Shown piece after piece: positions 21,401-31,035 of a stretch of 64,000 bases of DNA. The notes under the pieces were generated by a model. The model saw only the letters and a list, made by a program, of their open reading frames with translations. It had not been told where the DNA came from and did not search any database. The stretch spans positions 300,306 through 364,305 of the forward strand of contig JBAZTR010000001.1 in NCBI GenBank assembly GCA_041661745.1. Direction: 5' to 3'. The DNA is from Patescibacteria group bacterium (GTDB lineage: Bacteria > Patescibacteriota > Patescibacteriia > UBA9934 > GWF2-40-263). The position numbers and the translations under genes were made by a program. How positions within the stretch are numbered: position 1 is the first letter of the stretch; each line of letters begins with the position of its first letter.

Positions 21401-22364
21401 ACGAACCAAAAGTAACTTCACGAGTTGTGGAATTAATGGAGCGGGCATTGGTCAAACGATCAGTTCCCTCATAGAGGTAGGTATTGGAGATGTTGGCTGT
21501 TGCGCCAACGCCACCAAGACGGAAAATCATTTGATCAATTGTGGCCGCACCTTCGGTAGCTGTCACTTTGAAAGTGGCAACTTCCACGGAATCAGCCGAG
21601 GAAGGAATTGTGACTGAAGCCGGGGAATCTGAAGCTAACGAAATTGACAAACCGCCAGTACTCACGCTAATGCCACCCTGTTGGGCAGTGTCAACGAGTT
21701 CAGCGCTCTCGGCAGTTATGGCAGAACCGGTGGTAATACCATCGAGATCAATGCCAGAACCATCAAGAACCAAACGAGTCTGGAAGTTGTTGTCGCTCAT
21801 GGCATCGATAAGGTGCTTTTCACCGTCCCAGATCAGGTAGGTGTCAGAACCGTCTTTCACTAACGCGCCTTCGTAGGCATCGCTAGCGCTCATGAGAGAA
21901 GTACCAACTGTGTAATCGACAAAGAATGTATCAGAGACGTCGTCAATGAAAGCATTCCAGTCGGCGCCGGCCAAACCTTCGGCAACATCCTCGGTTTCAA
22001 TCCAGCGGATTGTACCATCGGGTGTTGGGGCGTAGGTCTTCGGATCGCTTTGAATTTTAATCCAATGTGAACCTGGGCGATATACGATGTTTCCAGCCAA
22101 CGGGATAGCCGCCAAAGCGGAATCGGAGATGGTTTCAACATCGCTGAAATCAGCGTACCAGGAGAAATAGGTTTTTTCGTTCGGGAAAGCGTAACGGGAG
22201 CCATCGCCACCATAATAATAAACGGTGGAAAGGGTTGTACCCTTGATGACGTCACCAGCGGAGGCCGCGTGTGCTGTCATTGGGAGGTTGGCAATGCCGA
22301 CTGACCAGACAATGGTCAAAACGGCTACTGCACCCGTAAACGCCTTTTTAAAAGCATTTTTCAT
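18474..22364 (-). CDS. Large secreted S-layer-like surface protein
   Basis: Start reset to MKNAFKKAF (ATG 22364); signal peptide, GDVIKG..STVYYYGGDGSRYAFPNEKTYFSWY repeat, T/S/D/A-rich beta-sandwich body. Confidence 0.75.
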   Translation of the reverse strand: MKNAFKKAFTGAVAVLTIVWSVGIANLPMTAHAASAGDVIKGTTLSTVYYYGGDGSRYAFPNEKTYFSWYADFSDVETISDSALAAIPLAGNIVYRPGSHWIKIQSDPKTYAPTPDGTIRWIETEDVAEGLAGADWNAFIDDVSDTFFVDYTVGTSLMSASDAYEGALVKDGSDTYLIWDGEKHLIDAMSDNNFQTRLVLDGSGIDLDGITTGSAITAESAELVDTAQQGGISVSTGGLSISLASDSPASVTIPSSADSVEVATFKVTATEGAATIDQMIFRLGGVGATANISNTYLYEGTDRLTNARSINSTTREVTFGSLDLDFTDGETKYLTVRIDVAAAATVASGDTVNFTLVEAADVVTDNDVSGNFPISGNTMTFSDTVAGTLTVTKNGSITNPTIGQEQATLAKVKFAAATEGASLEQVMFDVDNAGDHDNFTLYDGADLLSEGTVDGKKVTFILTEPLVIEKGGDQTLYVKADVGGESAEVISVAIEESADVMAIGSIYGFNMGIDVTGYDETGNASCSTQCSESTIQGGDLTFAFNGPTSTDIAVDSADQVLLEFTLTSANWTQLQHLPIILNIGTGADDAADDDDLLNNTSDGANYTDISIRESDGTVWMGPEELSVTNASASHADDQTQTLTFDDYQDLQAGDSLDLMVTVDVDSDTDLNADLVRATIDVSLVTAEDANGDALTNSTDIVPTADISGYYMTITTSSLTVDESSTPSAGTYVIGTAAVPVVGYAFTAAESSSITISEATYMVAGDSDATYTPDVDLVPSDHISSCSIYDSVTGALVDGPEGVSASSATEATADYTIAFESFAWTVDAGETEKLLMKCDLANVALDDTDAASDTYKFYLQTTNGVPLLVAEDEDGDSVDGSYDSDGSGTVDTSDDTEHDTVAANIPGVPILTVAASGTLTITAASDMPTSTIVLGSSTGVSIAKYKFTSANEAFVVDKMAFYNCYDTDGTSYDGLANDCNDGTETSGADNVATLLTASYTNSDGVTETKTGYFTGSKVTFTGMDFYVGENASAYVTITADTSAVSTTGATSGTLVAASLTKIAGDLSAVGQGSGTTLTGTTVTYTAVASNEMTLYKTKPTISPSSGTPSGAVYNGANDVFHFTVSADSRGYVTLNEVTFALSSTDQGASDWNTCDTTASAYLDEPDMALYDIADLGTALDADGDWSFFTTSGAACTTGHEDVLYIVVDDADAAGLDTIAAGSSVTYALYMTVASTGANASNDDTLRITLETNANSATGSSAHAGTDGTINWEDDSATTELYASLLKTLPVRGNSLTF

Positions 22365-22573
22365 AATTATTTTCGAACTCCATTTTATTGAGCGCGGGAG
22401 CACGCGCCATTTGCCATGCACCGTATGGTGCATGGGTTGCGGCAATTATTTCACGTCATGGCCCCAGCCGTTGGTTCAACCTTTGCCAGTGACGCATTTT
22501 AGATTGGTTGCGAGGTGAAAAAACACCTCTCCGCAGATTCCCTTTTTTAGAATCTGCCGAGAATTGTCTTTAT

Positions 22574-23593
22574 TTAGTTCGTTGTTGTCACCATGATTTC
22601 CAGATCAGCCACAACCGTTTCAGCGTTGGTGAGAATAATTTTCATTTCAGAAATTTTTTCGAAAACCGATCGGTAACCACCAGCCGCGAAGACCTCGGAT
22701 AAAGCTTGAATTTTCTCAGAAAAATCTTTTATGGCGGTTTTTGTAATTTTAATCGTATTATTGATATCGTCGGTCATGGCATTATTACTATTTAAGGTTG
22801 TCTCGATTCTCGACAGTCTAATACTCAGCATGTCGACGCGATTACGAATGTCGAAAGTATCTTTTTGAAAAGCGGTGTCAAGATACTCAGCTGTTTCTTG
22901 CTCTGGTTGTTCTTCGTGCTCAGTAACCACAGTTTCCGTAACCTGTTCTTGGGCTTCAACCACCACTGCAGTAACTTCGGTCACATCCTCGGACGACTGT
23001 CCAATGACTGCGGAATATTCCTCAGCCTTGCGATCAACTGCCTCGGCTAATTCAGTAACGGCTTGCGCGCCTTCGGCCGAAGAAACATTTTTTAACTCAT
23101 CAGTCACTGAAACGACTTCTGTTCTGAAACTATCGACAGCTGTTTTCATTAATTCTTCCTTATTAGAACGACTGGACAAAGAAATATCCATGGCTTCATC
23201 CAAACGGCGGCCGGCAAATTCAGCATGCAAACGAGCTCGCTGTTCGCTAGTGGCAGTAAGTATAAGCTGAGTGCGCTCGGTAGCCATTTTAACCGGATAA
23301 AGTAAATCGCCCGGCACACTGGCTAAAGAAACATTTACCGCTCCGACCCAACCAGACACAACAAGAACAAAAATTGAAGCAAGCGCCCCGGCTGGTTTTA
23401 ACACAACTCTGGATCCAATGTGACTGATATATTCGGTGTAGTCGTGCCAAGTTAAATTAGTTTCACTGAAATCTTTTTCAAAGTCGTATTTTTCAACAAA
23501 TTTACCCCAGCTCTTTTTTACGTCAAAACCCCCGCCAAGGTCGGGGTCATTCTTTAAACTCTTAATAAGTTTTATTACTTCTCGGTTTGTCAC
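22574..23593 (-). CDS. DUF5667 domain protein, probable anti-sigma factor
   Basis: Single TM followed by SVPGDLLYPVKMATERTQL; coupled to an ECF sigma gene. Confidence 0.75.
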   Translation of the reverse strand: MTNREVIKLIKSLKNDPDLGGGFDVKKSWGKFVEKYDFEKDFSETNLTWHDYTEYISHIGSRVVLKPAGALASIFVLVVSGWVGAVNVSLASVPGDLLYPVKMATERTQLILTATSEQRARLHAEFAGRRLDEAMDISLSSRSNKEELMKTAVDSFRTEVVSVTDELKNVSSAEGAQAVTELAEAVDRKAEEYSAVIGQSSEDVTEVTAVVVEAQEQVTETVVTEHEEQPEQETAEYLDTAFQKDTFDIRNRVDMLSIRLSRIETTLNSNNAMTDDINNTIKITKTAIKDFSEKIQALSEVFAAGGYRSVFEKISEMKIILTNAETVVADLEIMVTTTN

Positions 23594-24117
23594 AATTTTT
23601 TTTCAAATTTGGCGCGAAGTTTTTTTGTGGCGCGATGAATCAACATTCGTGTCGCGCTTTCTGATTTTTGTATATGATCGGCTACTTCGCTTATCGTTTT
23701 TCCTTCAAAGAATCGCAAGGTCAAAGCCAACCGGGTTTCTTCATCCGTTTCACCAAGTGCTCTCTTAATCAGGGCAATGTCCCCTAAGGTTTCAGAGGTT
23801 TCATCCTTACTAGCTACATCCTCTTCAATTGAGGTCGTTTCAATCCGTTTAGTTCGATAGAACTCCGAGACTACGCCGCGAGCTATGGTGAAGATTAGAC
23901 CGGAGACCTTTTCAACCTCCGACGAAGTCAGGTAATTCCAGGTTCGAAGGAAGGTCGTGGACAAGGCGTCTTCGGCGTCTTCACGAGCGGGAAGCTTTGT
24001 TAAAAGAAAACGATGAACGGCTGAGGCATGCTGTTCATAGATTTTTGCGAAGGCTTTTTCGTCTCGCCGGGTTCTGATCTTAAAGAGGAGTATTTTCTCT
24101 TGCATGCTCACAGACAA
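23590..24117 (-). CDS. ECF RNA polymerase sigma factor
   Basis: AFAKIYE, DAEDALSTTFLRTW (region 2), LRFFEGKTISEVA (region 4). Confidence 0.9.
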   Translation of the reverse strand: MSVSMQEKILLFKIRTRRDEKAFAKIYEQHASAVHRFLLTKLPAREDAEDALSTTFLRTWNYLTSSEVEKVSGLIFTIARGVVSEFYRTKRIETTSIEEDVASKDETSETLGDIALIKRALGETDEETRLALTLRFFEGKTISEVADHIQKSESATRMLIHRATKKLRAKFEKKL

Positions 24118-24247
24118 GGTCGTGAGTTAGTTAATAAAACGTCACTAAGTGACACGATGATACACTTTTTTTGGCCAAGATAACAGAAGAAATCTACCAG
24201 AAACTGTGGAAAAGATCAAGGGTTACAACTAAGTTTTTATGGGCTAT

Positions 24248-24276
24248 TTGACAAAACAAAAAAATCTGGCTACACT
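24248..24276 (+). promoter_or_regulatory. Sigma70 promoter
   Basis: TTGACA-17bp-TACACT upstream of the HTH gene. Confidence 0.65.
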
Positions 24277-24305
24277 GGTGTGGACAAATACTTAAATTAC
24301 TCAAT

Positions 24306-24620
24306 ATGGCATTAAACTCGGTTATTCGTCTTTCCGTCTCGGAAGCTGCCCGCATGTTTGGGGTCAGCCAGCGCACCATTCGCCGAGCAATCGCCGAACA
24401 AGCTGTTACTTATGTGGTTGTCCAGGGTCGGTACAAGATCAATTTCGAGTCACTTTTAAAATGGTCGCAAGATACCACCACAGTTAAAAACAAACGCGAC
24501 AACAAAGGCTTGGGACAATACGTGGTACAATGGAGGATAAAGAATAAATTATTTTCTCCGAACCCAAAGGTTTTGGATGAAAATTTAGGGGAACCGCGTG
24601 AGGGCATTGATGGGCATTAA
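24306..24620 (+). CDS. Excisionase-like helix-turn-helix protein
   Basis: LSVSEAARMFGVSQRTIRRAI...GRYKI. Confidence 0.8.
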   Translation: MALNSVIRLSVSEAARMFGVSQRTIRRAIAEQAVTYVVVQGRYKINFESLLKWSQDTTTVKNKRDNKGLGQYVVQWRIKNKLFSPNPKVLDENLGEPREGIDGH

Positions 24621-24634
24621 GGCGCTAAGGCTTT

Positions 24635-26611
24635 GTGAAAAAAATCCTAATAACAATTTTCATAGCAACACTTCTCTTCCCGTTTGGTTCAAGTGCGGAA
24701 ACCGCCGCTGATAAATATCCGCGCACTGCCAATTATTATTTAATGTCTGGTAGTGCCTTGGAGGGTGAGACGGCAATAGCAACTTTGTCGTCTTTTGATT
24801 TACTAGTTTTGCCGGCTGAAGCACAGCTTTATAACAAAACTTTTTTTACCGAGGCCCGCAAACGAAATCCCGACATAATTATTTTGGCCTATGTTCCATC
24901 GGTCAGTTATAACAATCTTTATTGGAACGACGCTCTTCATAAGGGTTTAAAATCAGGTATTCAAAGTTCGTGGTGGCTTAAAAATTCAAGCGGCAACAAT
25001 ATCAGCATTTGGCCTGGAACAAGTGCCTTAAATTTAACTTCCGGTTGGACTGAATATTTGGCCGGTTACGCCGCAACTTCGGTTTATGGAAGCGGGCTTT
25101 GGGATGGAATATTTTTTGATGAAGTAAACGATTCGGCACCGAGTGGTAGTACGATTACCAACAGTCAGTGGGCCGATGGTTATGCCAAACTTTTTAAAAC
25201 AACTCGAACCATGATTGGCCCTGACGCGATTATTATTACCAACGGCAGTTCAAACTCAGCTTTCTACAATTATATTAACGGCCGTATGTTTGAGTCGTTC
25301 CCCACTCCATGGGAAGGTAACGGTGATTGGGATACCGTGGAAAAAAATTATTTAGCTATGGAGGGAGCGGTTGGTTACGATTCGATTTTTTTCCTTAATG
25401 GCAATACCAACAACACCGGCGAACAAAACGATTATCAAACCGTTCGTTTTGGTTTGACTTCATCCTTACTTGGTGGTGCCTACTTCGGCTTTGACTATGG
25501 AACAGAAAGCCATGCTCAACTTTGGGAATACGATGAGTATGATGCCTACTTGGGTGAACCCAAAGGCGAACCAGAAGATTTAATTGATTCGGATAACACC
25601 ACAATAAAAGATAGTGTCTGGGCCAGAGATTTTACCAACGGCAAAGTTGTAGTCAACGCCACGAACCAAACACAAACGGTAAATCTTGATGGTGAATATG
25701 AAAAGCTTCACGGCACACAAGATCCAAATATTAACAACGGGGCCATCGTGTCACGGGTTACCTTACCGGCCGAAGATGGATTGGTACTTCTCCGCCCCAT
25801 CGAGGAGATAAACAATACTGCTTATACCAACGGCGCCTTTGCTCGCATTTACGATGCCAAAGGAAACATGAAACGGGCCGGCTTTTTTGCCTACGATTCT
25901 GATTATCTTGGTGGTCAAACCGTAGTTAATTATGACATTGATGATGATGGAAAACTCGAAACAATTACCGCCGACAAAACCGAAGTTGTAATTTACGAAG
26001 ATGACGGTTCACAACACGCCGCCTTTTGTCCGTTCACCGAAAATTATGAATTAGGTATCAATTTATCGGTTGGTGATTTAGAAGACGATGGCTCAGCCGA
26101 AATTGTTACCGGGACTGAATACGGGGCCGGTCCGCAAATTAGAATATTTAATAAGGACGGGGTGTTAATAAACCCCGGTTTCTTTGCTTATGACTCGGCC
26201 TTCCGCGGTGGTGTTCATGTGACTTTGGGAGACGTTAATGGTGATGGCAACTTGGAAATTATTGCCGGCGCTGGAAAATCTGGTGGGCCACACGTGCGAA
26301 TTTTTAATAAAAACGGAGTTCTAATTAACCCGGGATTCTTTGCCTATGGCCAAGCTTTCCGCGGTGGGGTTTATGTCGGCTCGGGCGATGTTGACGGCGA
26401 TGGTCAAATTGAAATAGTCACCGGCGCTGGTCCGAGCGGCGGGCCGCATGTTCGGGTGTATAATTACAATGGAGTTCTGAAAAATGAATTTTTTACCGGT
26501 TCGGCTTTTGACAAAACCGGAGTAAAAATTACAGTAGCCGATGTCGATGACGACGGGATTGATGAAATCATAACTTTAAGTGAAGACGTTTTCACCTTCT
26601 CTTCGTTTTAA
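24635..26611 (+). CDS. Secreted putative glycoside hydrolase with FG-GAP-like repeats
   Basis: Signal peptide, WDGIFFDEV motif, C-terminal GDVxGDG..EI..GGPHVR repeats. Confidence 0.72.
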   Translation: MKKILITIFIATLLFPFGSSAETAADKYPRTANYYLMSGSALEGETAIATLSSFDLLVLPAEAQLYNKTFFTEARKRNPDIIILAYVPSVSYNNLYWNDALHKGLKSGIQSSWWLKNSSGNNISIWPGTSALNLTSGWTEYLAGYAATSVYGSGLWDGIFFDEVNDSAPSGSTITNSQWADGYAKLFKTTRTMIGPDAIIITNGSSNSAFYNYINGRMFESFPTPWEGNGDWDTVEKNYLAMEGAVGYDSIFFLNGNTNNTGEQNDYQTVRFGLTSSLLGGAYFGFDYGTESHAQLWEYDEYDAYLGEPKGEPEDLIDSDNTTIKDSVWARDFTNGKVVVNATNQTQTVNLDGEYEKLHGTQDPNINNGAIVSRVTLPAEDGLVLLRPIEEINNTAYTNGAFARIYDAKGNMKRAGFFAYDSDYLGGQTVVNYDIDDDGKLETITADKTEVVIYEDDGSQHAAFCPFTENYELGINLSVGDLEDDGSAEIVTGTEYGAGPQIRIFNKDGVLINPGFFAYDSAFRGGVHVTLGDVNGDGNLEIIAGAGKSGGPHVRIFNKNGVLINPGFFAYGQAFRGGVYVGSGDVDGDGQIEIVTGAGPSGGPHVRVYNYNGVLKNEFFTGSAFDKTGVKITVADVDDDGIDEIITLSEDVFTFSSF

Positions 26612-26612
26612 G

Positions 26613-26658
26613 CCCTCTCCTCTTATCCTCCCCCATCGTGGCGATGAGGGAGGAAGAA
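26613..26658 (+). repeat. REP-like palindromic element (CCCTCTCC...GAGGGAGG family)
   Basis: Near-identical inverted copy at 55502-55548. Confidence 0.8.
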
Positions 26659-26672
26659 CTATTTAAAAATTT

Positions 26673-28487
26673 ATGGAAACTTTAGGCGAACAAATAAAAC
26701 ACGGTCTAGCTCACAACGCGACCACTCCACCGCACACGGCGTTGGAATATTTTGTGCGCTTATTAACACATCCAGGCCGCGTTATCTTAACACCGTTTTA
26801 TCGCCATATTGAAAAACGTTATGTTAAGGTTGAAAAATTTGAAGCAAAATTTCTGATAATCGACCTGGTTCTTTTATTGGTCGCTTTGGGAATCGCCGGC
26901 ACAGTTATCGGCTGGTTTATTTGGCACAACAAAATTGAAAACCAAATTTTCTTTGAAGCGCAAATTGCCCCAACGGAAATTGTTTCCGGCGCGCCTTCGA
27001 CTTTGGTTTTGCGCTACACCAATGGCACTGGTCAAGAATTAAAAAATGTTTATTTAAACCTTTCTTATCCGGCTCACTTTACTCTGCAGGAATTGGCCAA
27101 CGGCGAAACGCCGGTTGAAAACAATGCGATTGCTCTGGGCAACTTGTCGCCCGATGCTGTTGGCTCGGTAAAGATTCGCGGCATTATGTTTGGTGATGTT
27201 GGCGGCGAACAAGTTTTTGAAGCCAAAATGACTTTTACCTATGGCGAAAAAAATCGCCAGGGCGAAAAAATTTCTCGTCATGCTTTTTCACCAACCCGTT
27301 CGGTCTTAGCCTTGTCGCTCGAGATACCAGAAAAAATCGTGGCTGGTCAAAATTTTACCGGTCAAATTGTTTATAAAAATACCGGCGAATTTGCTTTGCC
27401 GCAAATCAAAGTCCAACCCGAGTGGCCGGACAATTTTGGCTTTGTCTCGCTTTCCCCAAGCAATTGGACCGTCCCAACTGTGGCCGCTGGTGAAGAAGGC
27501 CGTCTTACTTTTGTCGGCGCGCCAGCCGCCGGGGCGGAAAAATTATCATTAGTGTTTGTTCCTTCGTTTGTTTTTGGGGCTGATGAATATAAGCAAGAAA
27601 CCTTAAAACAAGACATCGCCGTAGTTCAACCGCAAATTAAAGTCAGTCACAGTATTGAGGCAACCTCGGTTAGTCCGGGCAACACGCTTAAAGCCGTAAT
27701 TAAATACGAAAACATTGAGGACACCCCAATTTATAATGTAAAAATTTCCCTTTCCTCCAACAGTCCGTTTGCTGGTTCGGCTACCGAAACGATCGTTGGC
27801 ACACTGGCTGGTCATACTTCAGGCGAAACCGAAGTTACAATAAAACTTCGTCCGTCAATTGCTCAAAGCGAAACTTCAATCTACGAACATTTAAATCTCG
27901 ATTCTCGCGCAACAGCTTTTTACACAATCGAGGGCACTCCCTTATCGTCGTTTATTCCTGTTTACGGAACAAAACTTGAAACTCCTATAACCACCCCTAT
28001 CGTTTTTCATTCGTCTGGCCGCTATGCCACCGAACGTGGTGATCAGCTTGGTCGCGGTCCCTTACCACCAATTGTTGGCGAGGAAACAAAATATTGGATC
28101 TTTTGGAACATCTCCGGCACAACAAATGAAATCAACAATCTTTCCATCACCGGTGAACTACCGGCCAATGTTGCTTTCACCGGCCGCCAAACCGTTTCCA
28201 CCGGCTCGGCTGTAACCTACGATGAGACAACAAAAACCGTCAGTTGGAAAACCAGCAAGATTACCCCAAGTTTTTCGCCATCGGCAAAAATAATCGGTGC
28301 GGCCTTTGAGGTGGCGATTATCCCTTCAGAAAATCAGGTCGGAACCTCGCCTACCCTTATTTCTAATGTTTTGCTCTCCGGAACCGATGACTGGACCGGG
28401 GCCTGGGTTACCGCGGCCGGCAATTATGTCACCACCAACCTGCCTGGCGACCTCTTGGCCAATGGCCTTGGTGTGGTCATAAAATAG
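26673..28487 (+). CDS. Membrane-anchored protein with Ig-like/DUF11-like repeats
   Basis: One TM, repeated YxNxG beta-sandwich units, GPLPPIVGEETKYWIFW motif. Confidence 0.72.
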   Translation: METLGEQIKHGLAHNATTPPHTALEYFVRLLTHPGRVILTPFYRHIEKRYVKVEKFEAKFLIIDLVLLLVALGIAGTVIGWFIWHNKIENQIFFEAQIAPTEIVSGAPSTLVLRYTNGTGQELKNVYLNLSYPAHFTLQELANGETPVENNAIALGNLSPDAVGSVKIRGIMFGDVGGEQVFEAKMTFTYGEKNRQGEKISRHAFSPTRSVLALSLEIPEKIVAGQNFTGQIVYKNTGEFALPQIKVQPEWPDNFGFVSLSPSNWTVPTVAAGEEGRLTFVGAPAAGAEKLSLVFVPSFVFGADEYKQETLKQDIAVVQPQIKVSHSIEATSVSPGNTLKAVIKYENIEDTPIYNVKISLSSNSPFAGSATETIVGTLAGHTSGETEVTIKLRPSIAQSETSIYEHLNLDSRATAFYTIEGTPLSSFIPVYGTKLETPITTPIVFHSSGRYATERGDQLGRGPLPPIVGEETKYWIFWNISGTTNEINNLSITGELPANVAFTGRQTVSTGSAVTYDETTKTVSWKTSKITPSFSPSAKIIGAAFEVAIIPSENQVGTSPTLISNVLLSGTDDWTGAWVTAAGNYVTTNLPGDLLANGLGVVIK

Positions 28488-28528
28488 AGCTTTCGGCCTT
28501 TAAAAAGCCTTAATTTTGACCTTAAAAG

Positions 28529-28583
28529 TTATCCACAATGTTCAGATTCTACCATTGACAAAGTGGCTATTTTCTGCTATACT
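28529..28583 (+). promoter_or_regulatory. DnaA box plus sigma70 promoter
   Basis: TTATCCACA 28529-37; TTGACA(28555)-17bp-TATACT(28578); ATG 9 nt after the -10. Confidence 0.7.
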
Positions 28584-28592
28584 TAGCTGTTT

Positions 28593-29774
28593 ATGAAAAT
28601 AGTAATGATTGGACAAAAGGGTTATCCGGCACTTTCCGGCGGTATTGAAAGGCATGTGCAGGAACTCTCAGAACGTTTGGTTTTACAAGGTCACGAAGTG
28701 ATCGTGTTTTGCCGTAATTGGTATTCCAAAGACGCTGCCTATCAAGGCAAGGTAAAGCGGGTTTTTGTTCCAACAGTTCACAGCAAACATTTGGACGCCA
28801 TTGTTCACACCTTTTTATCAATCTTTGTCGCCGCTTGGATTAAGCCTGATGTTTTCCATATTCACGGCGTTGGCCCGGCTCTTTTGGCCTGGTTGCCTAA
28901 GTTACTCTGTCCTTCGGCCAAGGTCGTTGTGACTTTTCACAGCATTGATCGCCTTCAACAAAAATGGAATTTTCTCGCTCGCACTATTTTGCGTTTAGGT
29001 GAAATGGCCGCTTGCCGCTTCCCCGACAAAACCATTGTTGTTTCCAAAACCCTTTTGGAATACACTCGCGAAGTTTATGATGCTGATCCGATTTATATTC
29101 CCAACGGCGTAAATGTTCCCGAACAAAAAAATAATAAAGAATTAATCAAACCGTTCGACCTTAAGGCAAACAAATATTTTATAATGGTTTCCCGCTTGGT
29201 TGAACACAAAGGACAAAAAACCTTGATTGCCGCTTGGAAAAAAGCTCGCACCGCCGAGCCAAAACTTCTTGGTGACATGAAATTGGCGATTGTTGGCGGT
29301 GGTTCGTTTACCGACAGTTATGTAGAAGAATTAAAAGAAGCTTCAATTGGTGATGATTCGATTGTTTTAACCGGCGAACAAACCAGCGAAACCCTTCATG
29401 CTTTATTTACCAACGCTTATGCGGCCATTCATCCTTCCCGTCTTGAGGGTTTGCCAATTGCTATCCTAGAGGAAATGAGTTATGGCAAATGCGTTTTAGC
29501 TTCCGATATCCCGGAACACATGGAGATAATTCGCGATCATGGTTTGGCTTTCAAAGCCGGCGATATTGACGACTTGGCCAAAAACATAATCATGGTGGCC
29601 GAAGCCCCGGAATTGGCGGCCCATGTCGGCAGCGAATCAGCCGTCTTTGTCAAAAATAATTTTTCTTGGAACGAAATTGCCGATCGAACAGAAATGTTGT
29701 ATCGTCAAATCACTCGGACCAATAAAGAAAACGCGGTGATGGTTTGGTTGACCAAGAAAAAACCAATGTTATAA
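28593..29774 (+). CDS. Glycosyltransferase family 4
   Basis: GGIERHV; EGLPIAILEEMSYG. Confidence 0.92.
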   Translation: MKIVMIGQKGYPALSGGIERHVQELSERLVLQGHEVIVFCRNWYSKDAAYQGKVKRVFVPTVHSKHLDAIVHTFLSIFVAAWIKPDVFHIHGVGPALLAWLPKLLCPSAKVVVTFHSIDRLQQKWNFLARTILRLGEMAACRFPDKTIVVSKTLLEYTREVYDADPIYIPNGVNVPEQKNNKELIKPFDLKANKYFIMVSRLVEHKGQKTLIAAWKKARTAEPKLLGDMKLAIVGGGSFTDSYVEELKEASIGDDSIVLTGEQTSETLHALFTNAYAAIHPSRLEGLPIAILEEMSYGKCVLASDIPEHMEIIRDHGLAFKAGDIDDLAKNIIMVAEAPELAAHVGSESAVFVKNNFSWNEIADRTEMLYRQITRTNKENAVMVWLTKKKPML

Positions 29775-29809
29775 AAAAAAGACCGTCTCGGATATCCGGG
29801 ACGGTTTTT
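29775..29809. terminator. Bidirectional terminator between convergent GT4 genes
   Basis: aaaaaagaccgtctcgg-atat-ccgggacggtttttt. Confidence 0.75.
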
Positions 29810-31035
29810 TAAATTCTTCGATGCTCGGCTATGGCTGATTTGTAAATTTCCATTAATCCCTCATAATGCTTTTCCATTGTAAAATCTTTTAGAACCCGCT
29901 CGCGCCCGGCAAAACCCATCTCCCGCGCCAAACCATGATCGTGGAAAAGCCGCTCAATCGCCTCGGTTAATTCGGGGACGCTCCCGGGTTGAACCAGCAG
30001 GCCAGTCACGCGATCAACAACGGTTTCGGGTAGGCCACCAATATTCGAGGCGATGACCGGCTTGCCGGCGGCCATGGCCTCCAAAACAACCAAACCGAAG
30101 ACTTCCTGCCAAAGCGACGGCACGACCACACAACGCGCTCCACGATACAGGTTCCACAAAGCTTCACCCGAGGCAAAGCCGACAAATTCCACATTGGATA
30201 AAGGTTCGGCCGCTTGCTTTAACCGTTCTTCCTCAGGACCGGTGCCGACAAATTTAAAATTTATTTGCGGCAATTGTTTGGCCGCCCGAAGCAAAGGCCA
30301 AACGCCTTTTTCCTCAACCAAACGACCGACAAACAAAACATAACCATGATCCCAGCCAATAGCCGGGGTTATTTTTTTGGCGTCGATGCCGAACGGCAAT
30401 AAACAAATTTTCCAGGCCTCGAAACCTTTTTTTATCAATTCACCTTTAACAAAATTGGTTGAAACGATATAACGATCAATTAAATGATACAGGCCCATCC
30501 GTTCATGTAGACGATAAGTCGCGGCCGCGGCCAAACTGGCAAAAAAAGAATTTTTGTGAAAGCGGGAAAGGGCGGCCTGGATAATGCCGACCCGGCTTAA
30601 ATCTTCAACTCGATGATGCGACCAACGCATGTATTGCGGCGAAATCATGTGATAATCCTGAACAGTTATGACCGTGGGCATGCCCAGTTCGCGCAAAGTC
30701 AAAAAAATCGATGGAGAAATCTGATAATAAATTGTATGAGCGTGAAGAATATCCGGTTGTGTACGACGAATTAGTCGTGATAATTTTTCTTGAGCCTCAA
30801 AAGAAAATAACATGCGCCCAAGCGTTCGTAATCCCTGCCAATTCAATTGAACCCTTTCAGTTTCCACTTTGCTGACAAAAAATTTGCTACAAGGTGTTGG
30901 AAGATTTGAAGAATTTTGCATGGAAAACGGAATTGTTTCATGGCCGTGTTCGCGCAACAGTTGTTCCAAATCTAAAAGATAGCGCGTGGCTCCGCATCTA
31001 AGAAAATAAAATTTATTGGCGAGCACGATTTTCAT
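29809..31035 (-). CDS. Glycosyltransferase family 4
   Basis: FVGRLVEEKG; EVFGLVVLEAMAAGKPVIASNIGG. Confidence 0.92.
   Translation of the reverse strand: MKIVLANKFYFLRCGATRYLLDLEQLLREHGHETIPFSMQNSSNLPTPCSKFFVSKVETERVQLNWQGLRTLGRMLFSFEAQEKLSRLIRRTQPDILHAHTIYYQISPSIFLTLRELGMPTVITVQDYHMISPQYMRWSHHRVEDLSRVGIIQAALSRFHKNSFFASLAAAATYRLHERMGLYHLIDRYIVSTNFVKGELIKKGFEAWKICLLPFGIDAKKITPAIGWDHGYVLFVGRLVEEKGVWPLLRAAKQLPQINFKFVGTGPEEERLKQAAEPLSNVEFVGFASGEALWNLYRGARCVVVPSLWQEVFGLVVLEAMAAGKPVIASNIGGLPETVVDRVTGLLVQPGSVPELTEAIERLFHDHGLAREMGFAGRERVLKDFTMEKHYEGLMEIYKSAIAEHRRI

Noticed and set aside
24306-24620. Prophage or ICE suggested by the excisionase-like HTH
   Set aside because: No integrase, phage genes or att sites nearby; composition matches the backbone.
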